Below, one piece after another: positions 33,175 through 50,799 of a DNA stretch of 64,000 nt (within the stretch, counting starts at the first letter, position 1; the number at the start of each line of letters is the position of its first letter). Origin of the DNA: the human T2T-CHM13v2.0 reference genome, Homo sapiens; the NCBI RefSeq assembly GCF_009914755.1, contig NC_060926.1. One strand, written 5' to 3'. The notes under the pieces are model-generated. The model searched no databases. It was not told where the DNA came from and was given only the letters and a program-made list of their open reading frames with translations. A program made the translations under genes and the position numbers.

Positions 33175-33320
33175 AATTTCTTTTTTCATTTTTATTTTTA
33201 ATTTGAGATGGGGTCTCGCTGTGTTGCCCAGGCTGGTCTCAAACTCCTTAGCTCAAGCGATCTTTCTGCCTCAGCCTCCCAAAGTGCTGGGATTACAGGC
33301 GTGAGTCACCGTGCCTGGCT
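33175..33320 (-). mobile_element. FLAM-like Alu monomer
   Basis: Antisense left-arm monomer with T-rich tail. Confidence 0.88.
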
Positions 33321-33637
33321 ATTTTCGATTATTTCTTAACCACTATGGCAGTGATTCGGCAGATTTGGAGTCCACCTCAGGAATCCAGCAAGTTTAGCAG
33401 GTACTCAGATGATTCTGAGACGGATGGTCCTGAGGCCTCCACACTAAGAAACTCTCCCATATAAAGGTGCCTCCAGAAGACCTGAGTCTCCTGGCCATTT
33501 CAATGAAGCGTGGATACAGGAATAGTGCACACCCCAGGACGCTCTACCAGCATGGATGACAGTAGACATAAGCGAAAGTCCTCCCTGAAAAACAGATTTC
33601 TCCAGAGGGTACTCAGGGTCTGTCTTACCATCAATAG

Positions 33638-34477
<840 letters not shown>

Positions 34478-35389
34478 TCAGCCTCTTGTCGGTTCTCCAA
34501 GGGGAACTCTGTTGAGTCACACTAGTCACGCAACAGCGGGAAGCCAGCAGCAGGGGGAAGTGAGAGGGCCACGCTCCAGGGTCAGATTAGGACAGCAGGG
34601 CCAGACTCCTATAAGCAGGCAAAGGACACGCTGGAGCCAGCACAGCAGAGGCCCAACAAAAATAATTTCATTTTTCTTAAAATAATTTGATCAACATTTG
34701 TTTGTCATTGAAATAATCTTTAACAGAAAAAGGAACAAGTCATCAGACTTCCTTATATTCATTCTGTGGCTTACAGCTGTTGTTGTTTTTAATGGGGACA
34801 AAAAGGGAGGGGGGTGAGTAGAAGGCACCGTAATCTTTTTAGTGCTTAGAGTCTTTAAATGTCTTAATCCAGACCCGAACAGGGACACATAATCTGTGCT
34901 CGGTCCCTCAACATTCTCAAGCCACTGGTTCAAGATAAAGTCATACTCTGGCGGTGGAGCTGATACTGACAAGGATAATGAACGTGGAGAAGGAGCACAT
35001 CGCAGGGCAAAGACCACTGACCTGACCAGACGGTGGGGAATCCAGTCTGCAGACCGGACCTAGCTCAAACTTCTGTATCAGGTTACAGACGATGGCAGAG
35101 CCTCCTTCACTCATTCATTCGCACATTCAATAGTGAACTTCCACAACGTCTGCAGCCCAGCAACCACTGGCACTCCTGGTAACGGGTATCTGTGCCTTCA
35201 TTTCTTCTTAAGGGAAGTGGCCACCTCCTAGCTCAGCCCAGATGCCAGCCCACACATTCCATCCACCAGGTGACAATGATTGGTTCAGGGATGAGCACGT
35301 GACCAAGTCAGGCCAATCAGAGCTAACAAGACCCAATTCTGGGGTATCTGTTCTGGCTATTGGGAACCCATCTCTCTCTATCAATCAGG

Positions 35390-35485
35390 ATCTATCTATC
35401 TACCTACCTAACTACCTACCTATCTTACCTCTCTACCTAATCTATCTTATATCTATTGTCTATCTATCTATCTATCTATCTATCT
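35390..35485. repeat. Degenerate (TCTA)n/(CCTA)n simple repeat within MaLR-like sequence
   Basis: tctatctatctacctacc...tatctatctatctatctatc. Confidence 0.85.
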
Positions 35486-35741
35486 TCCACTGATGATGTA
35501 GCCTGAAACTGCTCCTTCCACCATGTAGATCCTGAATGTGGCACCAACCAAGAGGAAGCTGAGCTAAGAAGCGGATCCAGACGGGCTCTCCTAAGCCCTA
35601 CGTCCAGCCGTGCCTCTACTTCCAGACTGTGTCATTCCAGGCAGCAAGTTTTATTTGCTTAAGCAAAACACAGGCTACTTGGAGGTGAATTTCTGGCACT
35701 TGATACCAAAAGAGCACTTTAAGAGGAGCCGTGATGGGGGG

Positions 35742-36461
35742 TATTATGGACTGAGTTGTGTCCTCCCAAAATTCATATGTTGAAGCCCTAACCCCCAGTA
35801 CCTTCAGAATGTCACTATATTTGGGTGGGCACGGTGGTTCACGCCTATAATCCTAGCACTTTGGGAGGCCAAGGCAGGAGGATTACTTGAGCTTAGGAGT
35901 TTGAGACCAACCTGGGCAACATACTGAGACCTTGTCTCTACAAAAAATTTTGAAAAAATTAGCCAGGTGTGGTAGTACATGCCTGTAGTACCAGCTACTC
36001 AGGAGGCTGAGGCTAGAGGATCGCTTGAGCTGGGGAGGTTGAGGCTGCAATAAATCATGATGGCACCACAGCTCTCCAGCCTGGGCAAAAGGGCCAGACC
36101 CTGTCTCAAAAAAAAAAAAAAAAAAGAAAAAGAAAAAAGAGAAAAAGGAATGTCACTATACTTGGAGGTGGCCTTTAAAAAGATGATTAATATAAAATGA
36201 GGCCATTATGATAGGCCCTAATCCACTCTGACTAGTGTCCCTATAAGAAGAGATTGGGACACAGACACACACAGATGGAGGGACACTGTGAGGACACAGG
36301 GAGAAGGTGGCCACCTGCAAGCCCAGGAGAGAAGCCTCAGGAGAAACAAACCTGCCAGCACCTTGATCTTGGACTCCAGCCTCCAGAACTGCGAGAAATA
36401 AACATCTGTTGTCAAAACCACCCAGTCTGTGGCTGTTGCAGCCACCTAAGCAGGCTAACAC
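35742..36461 (+). mobile_element. MLT1-type MaLR LTR interrupted by an Alu (~35823-36147)
   Basis: tattatggactgagttgtgtcctcccaaaattcatatgttgaag...ctccagaactgcgagaaataaa...gctaaca; Alu TSD gaatgtcactata at 35807-35819 and 36148-36160. Confidence 0.9.
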
Positions 36462-37223
36462 AGAGGGCTTACCTGAAGAAAGGTGGGGCGGTTGAATGCG
36501 GGCAGGGGGCATGAAGGAGGTGAGCCAGCTGGAGGAAATCACTGCAGTCATCACTGGAGAGCTGAGGAGGAGGCGGGAGTGATCAAGAGAACATGGACTT
36601 GAGACTTGGTCACTGATGCTGACTGCATCGGCGTAGGGAGGAGATTGGCTTCTTCCTGGAGCCTGGTGGTGCCGGCTCCACTAGGAGGGAGGTCGGGGGC
36701 ACTGAGTGGTGACTGTGAACTTCCCTGGATCTGTCCTCACTGCGCTCTGTGCCTCTTCCCACGCTGGATTATGAGCTTCTGGGGCTGGACTTGGGTCCCT
36801 TCATTTTCATATCCCCTCCACTTCCAGGGCCTAGATTCTCAGGGAGGGCACCACTGCCCCTGGGAAGCATTGCACACAATGATGGGACATTTTTGGTTTC
36901 TACAATGATGGGGGAATCCAACCAGCGTTCCTGGAGGGAGCTGGCATGCTGGACGTCCTGCAGCGCTGGGTGGGCAGAGACTGACCTGGGGTGGGTTCAG
37001 AACTTTACCAAGAGCTGTTCATCATTTTGAAAACTCACATCAAAGATAGCCACACCATTTGTTCTGCTGAGTCACCAAACCAGCACACACCTATGCCAGT
37101 GCGAGTGTGCATGACCCACTCTGCCTCAGGTCACCTGCATCAGACTTTGCTTCTTTCTAGAAAGATCTGCATTTTTCTATGCTTTCTGGTATAGTCAGCC
37201 TAAGCGCTTATACATGGAAATTA

Positions 37224-37477
<254 letters not shown>

Positions 37478-39184
37478 TTAATTAATTAAAATAAATTGCT
37501 TGCCTTTTATTTCTTCTTTCCATTAGAGATAGGGCATTATAAGGGTCATTTTTAAATCATGTGGATAAATATCTGGGAATTTCCTTTTAGGACAGGAAAG
37601 AGGATATTACGAAACATGTTATTAAAGGGGGAGTCTGGGAGGGTGGAGACTCACCGCCCAGGTCAGCCAGGCATGCTCGATGGGGAGCCCCTCTGAGGCC
37701 ACCCTGCCTGTCCTTCCCCGCAGGCCTGGCACCCTTCTCAGCCTCTACCCTATAAGGCCATGTGAGGGCTGAGCAGCAGACAGAATGAATGGGCTTCCCT
37801 GGCCGGTGGCTCTCACGGCTCCCCGGAGCAGAGGGAGGGGAAGGTTGTGGAGACTGGGACTGAGCAGCCTCCCAGGAGAGGAAGCTCCACAGCAACCCCT
37901 GCCCCGGGAGCCCCCGATTGGAGGTAGCCTCCAGAGCTAATGCTGGGCAAGCCAGACTTTGAAGTGCAAGCAAGGAAAATGCCCTGTGACCCCTGCTACT
38001 TCCCTCTAGACAGGTGCACACACATGCCCATGGGACAGATGGGTCTAGAAAATGTGAGTCAGGACAGATCAGAGCCTTGAAGGCTCCTGGGGCCAGAATG
38101 GAGGGTGGGGAGGGAAATCTGTCCCTTGTCTTGGCTCCTTCCCCAGACCTGTGTTCTGGGTTTGGTGCCACTGGTGGAGATGGCGAATGGCCTGCCTAGG
38201 GGCGGGTGAGGCCACAGCTGGCCTGGCCTGAGACCTGAAGGCCTAGACAGCTTGGATTCGGGGGGCTTTGGGCTCCAGACCAAGACCTTGATGCTGCAGG
38301 GATGGGGCCCCCATAGTGTACCACCATCTGCAGAGACCCCTGGATGCAGTGGGGGTTCAACCATGCCCCCACCTCGCTGGAGGGCCAGGGCCTTGCTCCA
38401 GTCCCCAGCCCCACCAGCACTTCCAAGCTGGTTCCAGGGAGGCTGGGAAGAAGCTGGGCCTGGCCTTCCTTCCACAGTTGTTCTTGGAACCAAAAATGTT
38501 TATTTCCCAGCCTTTTGGTAGCTCCTCCAGGGAGGGACGTTCACAGGCAGGCTGAAGGGGAAATGGAGACACAGGACAGGGTGGTAACTCATCCGGGTCA
38601 TCCTGTGCCTCCCTGCCCAGCCCTAGCCTGTGTGGAACCCAGGTCCAGATCATGTCACAGAGAGCCTGGGTCCCAGCAGTCAGTGGGACCACCTCCTCTC
38701 TCAGGGCCCTGGTGGATTCCCCAGAGGATGCTGCCTTCAGCCGGCCCTGTGGATCTGTGTGTCTTTGCTGGACTGCCTCTGGGACCACCCGCCTTAACCA
38801 ACCTGCCAGGACAGAAGGACAGGTAGGGTCAGGCTGCCAGTCTGTCCCTCCAGCTCAGGAGTGGGACTGGCCTGAGATGATGGTATGGCACCTGCTCTGG
38901 ATGGGGTGCAGTGTTCAGGCTGTGCAGGAAAAGGTCAGAGAATGATGTGGGGCCAGTGTGCCCAGGGCCAGCAGCAGAGACAGAGCTGAGATCCCAGAGC
39001 GGCCACCACCTCCAGGGCAGCCAGGTCCTTGAGCCACTTCCAGGTCCTGCGACCCTTGGGCCCAGCCACTGAAGGCTCAAGTTCTTCGCCCGGACCTCCC
39101 CGGTCAAAGTGCTCAGCACAGGAAGCGCCGTGGGCCTGGGTGGGGGTCAGCTATCCTCCCAGGCTCTGGCCAACAGGCATGAGC

Positions 39185-39872
<688 letters not shown>

Positions 39873-40059
39873 AAAGTGCAAGGTGTGTCCTTCTGCCAGG
39901 AACTCTCTCAGCTTTTTACCCTGTGCCCACCTATAAAGAGAATGCCACGCCCCTGCAAGTGCCCTCACCCAGGGGAAATGCACAGATGGCATGAGGGGTC
40001 CCACAGGTGGCTGGACACTCATGCACCTCAATGTCGGGGACATGCTCCCACTCTCTTGT

Positions 40060-40375
40060 GCTCCTATATGAGCTGGAAAATGTCCCCCTAAAATTCATTT
40101 CCACCCAGCGCTCAGAAGGTAACCTTATCTGGAAATAGAACCCTTGCAGACGTAATTAGTTAAGATCTGGTCATACTGGAGTAGCGTGGTTCTCCAGCAC
40201 CAGAAGCCAGCAGATAGGCAGGGATCAGAGTCTCCCTCCTAGCCTTCAGGAAGAGTTAACCCTACTGGTCTGATGTCAGGCTTCTGGCCTCCGGAACTGG
40301 GAAGGAATCAATTGCTGCTGTTTTCAGCTGCCCAGCTGTGCTCATTTGTTATGAGAGCCCCAGCTGACTGATAAG
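40060..40375 (+). mobile_element. MLT1-type LTR remnant
   Basis: aatgtccccctaaaattca...ggcttctggcctccggaactg...tttgttatg. Confidence 0.7.
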
Positions 40376-40564
40376 CTACCAGGCATGGTTCCTTTCCCAA
40401 GGCCACCTCGTGATCCAACGTGGCGCCTGGGCTTCAGACGGTACATCTGCGTTCCAGCCATCAGGAGAGGGAGGAGGGAGAATGCTGAAGGCACAATCTT
40501 CCCCTTGAGGGACACTTCCCAGAAATTGTACACATCATTTCTGCCTTCATTTGGCCAGAGATTA

Positions 40565-41062
<498 letters not shown>

Positions 41063-42899
41063 TCAGCACCTCCATGAGCAGCTCACCACCTTGCTAGCTC
41101 CCTTTCTCCCCAACTCCAAAGCTCCTTCTAGGCCCCTTCTAGGCCAGGACACTCCAGGTCAGCCCCAGTGCCCCCATGGGACCACACACCCTCCACCCAC
41201 TTCGGCACTGAGACCCAAAAGGCCCCCAGGCACAAGCACCCCACCTCCTTGAAGGCAGTTCTGAGACCCCGGAGTCTCACCCTGCTCCTCTTGCCACCTC
41301 ACCCTAGAGGACTTATGTAAGTATTCCTTCCCGATGAATCCATTGCTCCTCCTAAGAGGAAATCTGGAGAAAGAAATGTCCTTCATCTGCTACCATGGGA
41401 CCCCATTACCTTTCCAGCCTGATTGGTCAGTTGGGCTTCCCCACCCACAGCCAGAAAACCCTCAAACTCAGAGCATCTCTTCCCTCCACCCCCACCGGCT
41501 AACAGGCCTGGAGTAAATGACACTGTGGGGTCCAAGCGGCTCAGGCTTCCTCAGCCTCAGAGCTCTCAAGGGGTGGGTTGAAAGCTTTCTTGAAAGCAGG
41601 GGGTCCCCGCCTCCCCAAAACCCCTCCCACAGACTTCTCTCACTCTCCACATGTTTCCTGGCTGGTCCCAGGGACTCTCTTGCCTCTAGTAGGATGAATC
41701 CCAGAGATTTTTGGCTCCCAAATGGGACTCTGGTGCGCCTCCTGGGAGCTGGGACCCGCTGCACCCCTGTAGTTATGGGACTGGAAGACAGCTGCCAGGT
41801 CTTCGCCCGCAACATGGGGAGCACTGTCTCGATGCGTTCATCCTGACGGCTGGGCACTGACGGGCCAGGGAGCAGCTCTCTGAGCCTCAGCTCTCTCCAT
41901 TTGATGATGCTGCCCCTTGGGTCTGTGCCCAAGGTGTCAGCCTCCAGATGCACCCAGACCCTTGCAGGCCAACCTCTGTCAGGACAGCCCCAGTCCTCAG
42001 ATAGGGTTTGCTTAAATCTAAAGGGTGGGCAGGGCTCATGTCACCTTTTTCTGGATAGCTTCTACGCCTTGATTCAAAGCAGGGGCCGCAAATACCTAGG
42101 GGAGTGGGTGACTTAACTCCATTTACTAGAAGTGTCTGAGCCTGGACAAGCTGCCGCCACACTGCACATAACTTCAGCACAACTGCCTCCTTCAGCACCT
42201 CCCCCAGGATCCCGGGGCCCCTTTCCAGGACCTGGAGAAATAGGAGGACACGGCTGAGCCCCTGCTCACAGAGGGAGGGAGGGAGGGAGGAGGGGGCCCC
42301 CGGAGCTGAGATTCAGCCACTTGTTCTTTCCTCCTGCTTAGAACTCTGCTTCGTGGGCAGGAAGGGAGGCCTGGGATGGAGGCTGGCTCTGCCAGGGAGC
42401 CTGTAAGAGTGCAGACTCTGCCTTGCAAGTGATCAGTGTGAAGAGCTCGAGTCAAAAAGGATCCTTTATCCAATACACTCAGAGGCATTTTAGAAAGTCA
42501 AGAGGGTGCAGCCATGCCAGGGTAAGGACTAGGCTCCCAGCCTCCAGGGAAGACCCTGGAAGGCCTTGGTGGCTCCTCTCTGGTTCTCAGCAGACCCAAG
42601 GTTACCCAGGCAGAGCGGACATGCAGTCCCAGTCCCACACAGGGCTGAAAGCGGAGCGGAGAGGGAGAGAGCGGGACGGAAGCCCAAAGACCGAGGGCAC
42701 TGTAAAGTCCTACTTCCAGCCCTGCCCAGCGGGGCCAGCTCCACCCCTGACTTCTCAGGGATGTGAGCCAAAGAAAGCCCTTTTGGCTTAAGCTGTTTCG
42801 AGACAAGTTCCTATCACTGAATGTGAAGGATCTCTTCTTTCCTAAGACACCGGACAGCTCTGATCTGTCCTTTGTAAGGAGTTCAGGCAGGGAGGGAAA

Positions 42900-43660
42900 G
42901 GGCCAGGGGCCGGACCAGAGAGAACGTGCAGTAAGGGACCCGGGTGGGCCAGGGCTGCCGGCCGGCCAGGGCAGCTCCACAGTCAGGGGCTGGGGGCTAA
43001 GCCGGGGCGTGTTGAGAGGGGGCGGCTTGGGGGTCGGTGATGGGAGGAAAACAGGGAACCCAGGACGCCCGGGTGGGGACTGACTCTCCATTGCAGGGCG
43101 TATGTTTTCTGGGCGCCTCTCGCCGTCCTGACCGCTGGGCTGGCAGAGATGGCGCTGTGTTGCTGGAAATGACGGCCTAAGGGAGGTGGGGGTGCACCTG
43201 GGGCCAGGTCGGGCTGTGCTGGCTGTTCCCCAAGACTCTACCTGAGTCTCCCGCCGCAGCCAACCCCAATCCTTCCCACGCCGGAGATCACTGCAGTGAC
43301 CCACCCTTCGTTAAGTGTCAGGCCACTGGGTAAAAATCCCTGCAGCCCCTCGCTCGCTTCTCTTGGCTGGAGGCCGCGGGACGGGCTCGCTCCCCCCGCC
43401 GGGACCCAGATCGGGAACTGGCCCCCACGCCAGTCTGGCTGCGTCTGGGCCGCTTCCCGGGCTGCTCCGCCGGCCGGATGCTCCCGCTGAGACATTTATC
43501 CTCCGCGGAGCAGGGCCCTGGGGGGGCTGCCCCGCCTGCACTGGCCGCGGGTCTCTCCTTGGAGTTGGCTGGGGTACCCAGTGGGCCCGCAGCTCGGCTT
43601 TCTTGGCCGCAGATGCTGCAGGGGCCCTGCCTAGGACCCTTGAGTTCCAGCAGAGGCACC
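42900..43660. promoter_or_regulatory. Orphan CpG island / GC-rich element
   Basis: High CpG density in non-repeat DNA; CCGCGG at 43374, 43503 and 43545, GGCCGGCC at 42960; G-run clusters. Confidence 0.7.
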
Positions 43661-43689
43661 CAGACTGCTGAGCCAGAAGATTTGCGTTT

Positions 43690-44039
<350 letters not shown>

Positions 44040-44148
44040 TCACTTTAGCATCTATTCCTCCAGCTTAAACCAACATGCCACCCTCTGGGCTAACATCCTG
44101 TGCCCTGTGATGTGCTTTTTTAAACTTGCTTAGAAAGTGACAGTCCTC

Positions 44149-44491
<343 letters not shown>

Positions 44492-46235
44492 CTATGAACA
44501 CCACTGATGAAAGCCCTAGCAATCTCTCCAAGTGTGCCTGCTTGGAAACCACCTGGGAATCCAGGCTTGCTCTTCCAGATGTTCATTTTGAGGCCTGAGT
44601 TTTTCTGCCAACCTCCTCCAGGCCACAGAACGATTGGGGCAGTGATGCGGCTCACATCCTTGGGACAGGGGAGGAAGGACACACACTAGAGGCCACAGTG
44701 GCTGCTCAGTGACTTTCAGGGGTCGCCTGCTTTACCGCCCACCGAGAGCTCTTTTGGGAGATGAATATTTCCACCCGGTGTGCTCTCCTTCCAAGAAATC
44801 TTCAGCTTCCAGATATAAACAGCTTTGGGAAGGGGAGTGGGAGGAGAAGCAGCCTTTGGGAGACAATTGTTCCTCCACCCCTACATGGACTCCGGGCTGG
44901 GAAGATGAATGGACCTGCATACCCCACACATCATGAGTTTTGAGCAGCGACCAAGATCCAACTTTCCTGGAAGGAAATGTTCGCTTAAGCAGCATCTTGT
45001 AATTCATCTCTTGATTTACGCCGGGCATTTCAGTATGTTCCTCCTCCATCCCACTGATTAGATCCAGGCGCTGGGCCTGCCCAGAAACATGCTCTTGGTC
45101 TGAACTCCCCCTGCAGGAGCTCCCGGATGAGGCAACTGCGTTTAGTCTAGCTGGCCGCTGGTCTGCCTGGGTGGGTCAGGCTCAGTGTGCTTAATTTAGG
45201 TGGCTTCACCCTTTTATGCAACTCAGGAAAGTAACATTTACCAACTCTCCCTCTTTGCTTGTGGTCTCAGCTCTTTGCCTTCCAACAAAGACAGCAGCCA
45301 GAAAGATGCCTGCTTTGCCTGCAAAGATGACTTCATTCATGAACTGTGTGTAGCAGGCCACAGAGGAGTGTGACCCTCCTGCCCCTAAAGTACTCAGGGC
45401 TAGGGCCCACAGAGGGCTCTAGGCTGCAGAAGAATCAGCTGTGTCCCCCACCAGAATCTAGAGCTCCACCAGTCCCTTCGATGTCCTATGCAAGGCTGAA
45501 GATATTGGCTAAAGTGTTCAGCATATTCCAAGGATTTAATTTGAGGTTAAGTTTTTCCCAGCACCAGTGTCATTATAATTCTAGAATCTGAGAGATGGGT
45601 GTATGGCGATTCACTAAACCATCCTCTGGTTTTGCATATGTTTGAAATTTTCATAATTAAACAATTTAGAAAGTCATCTTGGGCCCATTGGCAGTATGTA
45701 TCCCATTTTGGGAAAACTGGAGTGGTCAAACAAGAACATTTGGGGCAAATGGGATGCTTTGGCAGGTCCTAAGAGTGGGGAAGCTGAGGCAGCTGGTTCA
45801 GTGTATTGCTATGAACTCATGGAATATACACAGCAGAGCCAACCTAGAGACTGCCTGGAGGAAGCTTCAGAACTAAGCAGTTTTGCCTCTTGTGACAAAA
45901 GTATCCTTTGTACTCCCACGAGAACACATCGAATAAGTTAAACAGACTGAGATTGAGTCAGAGATTTTCCACCTAAATACTGGCATTATGCTTACACAAG
46001 TGTTCAGGATTCAAAGAAAGTCTTAAATTATAACTAAGGAATTATAGTAGTTTAATTATTTTTAAACTGTATCAAACCGTATCTATTTGTTCCATATCAC
46101 ACCTAGTCACGGGGATGATACAATTCAGAACCAACCCAGATCCTTGACAACTTGAGCTGCTGGTAAGAAGCCAGCTACTTCTGTATTTATTATAAGAAAA
46201 TGAACCACCACCCCCATTGCTGAGGCCACTTTTAG

Positions 46236-48055
<1,820 letters not shown>

Positions 48056-48323
48056 ATATAGAAATTGTGTCTATGTTAGTCTGGTCTCTTTTGGTTGCAA
48101 GTGACAGAAACCCAACTTGAACCAGTTTATTAATTAAAATAATTTTTTTTTTGTACAGACGGATTTTTTTTTTTTGTACAGATGGATGTTGCTATGTTGT
48201 GTAGGCTGGTCTGAAACTCCTGGCCTCAAGCAATTCTCCCACCTTGGCCTCCCAAAGTGCTGGGATTACAGGCATGAGCCACCATGCAGGTCCAAACTAG
48301 TTGAAATTAAAAAGATGGTTGAA

Positions 48324-48620
<297 letters not shown>

Positions 48621-49622
48621 AGACAGTTGATTGGAAGGATGCTGGAGGAGCTGTAAGAATAAGTGCAGCTCCAGGGAACTCAGATCCTGGGACCAGGGAT
48701 TTGATGTCCCCAGCACTTTCTTTGCATTTCTCTAGGTAATGGCTTCATCTTCTCAGTCTTTCCCATGTAGTGAATGCTGTAGGCTGCCCTGGAGTCTCAC
48801 TTTACAATAACCTGACCACACTTCAACAGCAAAATCCCAGGGAAGGACTATCATTGGCTTTGCTTGGCTCACATGCCCATCCTGGACCCATCACTGAGGC
48901 CAGAGGGATGGGGTAAGATTGGTCCAGTTTGGACCATCTGCCCATCCTGTGGTGAGGGATGGGGTATGTTACCAGAAGGGAGAGGGGAGGTAGACAGACA
49001 AAGACAATAGCCACCACAATGACCATAATCCCGGCAGTCAGGCAAATGCACTCAGGAGGGAAAGCAAAGCAGGTGGGGTGTTCACGGCAGCTCAGAGCCC
49101 AGGGTCCAGAGACACGGAGACCTGGGTTTAGTCCTGGTCTCCTCAGTGGTGTAAACTTTGAGGAGTTTCTTAATCCCGTATGCCTCATGTTGTTCATCTT
49201 GCCAAAGACAAAACAGACAGCTCTAATCTCAGCTAATCAACCATGAGACAAAGAATGAGAAGCTGAAAAGTCTGTCCTTGGCCTTGCCGGCAGACTCAGG
49301 CAGAAGGGAAAAGGTCTGCATTTGTCCTTGTCACAGGTAAACAAGGGGGTCATCCGTGCATCATATGGGAGGCATGAGAAAGACAGGACTGTGGGTCTGA
49401 TGAAGTCATATGTGGAAGGGTAGTTCTTTCTGATAAGCTACTTCCCAGAACACAAAAGTGTGGAGGATTTTAGAAAACAAAAGGTTTGGGGGTGCGTGGG
49501 TGAGATTTCTTAACTGTGGCTGTTTTCTAAGAGCACACAGCTCAGGTTAATTACAACATTGTCAATCAGTAAAATGCTGAAAATATTATTCATCTCATAG
49601 ATGTGGTGTGAGAATTAAAAAC

Positions 49623-49913
49623 TTTTTTTTTTTTGAGACAGAGTCTCACTCTGTTGCCCAGGCTGGAGTACAGTGGCGTGATCTCGGCTCACTGAAACCT
49701 CCATCTTCCGGGTTCAAGGATTCTCCTGCCTCAGCTTCCCGAGTGGCTGGGACTACAGGCACATGCCAATACGCCCAGCTAATTTTTGTATTTTTAGTAG
49801 AGACAGGTTTCACCATGTTGGCCAGGCTGGTCTGAAACTTGTGACCTTAGGTGATCCATCTGCCTTGGCCTCCCAAGTGCTGGGATTACAGGTGTGAGCC
49901 ACCGTGCCGGGCC
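49623..49913 (-). mobile_element. Alu
   Basis: Antisense dimer; TSD ggtgtgagaattaaa. Confidence 0.95.
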
Positions 49914-50799
49914 TGGTGTGAGAATTAAAGAAAACAATCTATATGATTCACTTAGCACAATGCTGGGCACACATATAGGCTGCACGTTTTGCAAACAAAA
50001 ATACAGAACAATATAACATCCTACATGCACAATAAAATGAAGCAGTTTTTGGGATTTACTTACACTAAAACATTATCTAAAATTTACATTTAACTGTGTG
50101 TTCTATATTTTGTCTGGCATCTCCCGGCATACAGTTGTGTTGACGATAAATATTATGGCCATGGATTGAAGATTTATTTTCAATCCATATTACCTGGACA
50201 GAAGATAGGGCTCTCTTCTACTAAATACAGCTTTTTTTCTTTTGGAAGACAATCCACTGGCAGGGTTGGGGACTGGGGAAGTGGTGGCCACAGCCCATCT
50301 TAGGGCTTCTTCAAAGGCGAGCTGACCTACCTTCTCCGTGCCCCATTCCCTGTCTCTGGCCCTGGTAGCCTCCTCCTTCTTGGAAGCATGGAGGTGGAAA
50401 CACTGAGGTGGCAACGAGAGACTCCCACGGAATCTCAACGCCTGGAGGGGAGGGATTTTCTATCCATGGCCATCTCTTCACCCTCCAGCACAAAGTTGGG
50501 TGACTAGCAAGTGCTCATTCAGTGCTGATGAACTTCAGTTCAAAAGCATCAGGTGCAAAGAGAGGGAAGACGTGTGCTCCTGATTTATTTTTAATAGCCC
50601 ACATTTGACATGGAAAACAAAAAGTTTCTCTGAAATCCTTGGAAACCGCTGCAGTGGGGCGGGACCCTGGTCCCCGGAGCTTTAATGCACATCTTGGGCG
50701 TCACTTTTGGTTCTAAGGTGGCCCCAGGTCCCTCCTTTAAGATGGGAATAACCATGCCTGACTCTTTCCCCACGGACACCACACTGTCCTAGTTTGTGT

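Noticed and set aside
37587-39119. Many overlapping ORFs of 60-194 aa
   Set aside because: Open on both strands in GC-rich DNA with no domain or consistent exon structure; expected by chance
42498-43304. 268-aa minus-strand ORF
   Set aside because: Pro/Gly/Ser/Arg-biased product typical of GC-rich DNA, non-ATG start, no recognisable family
48142-48188. Short tandem duplication of T-run + gtacaga(c/t)ggat
   Set aside because: Slippage at an Alu monomer tail; no functional sign
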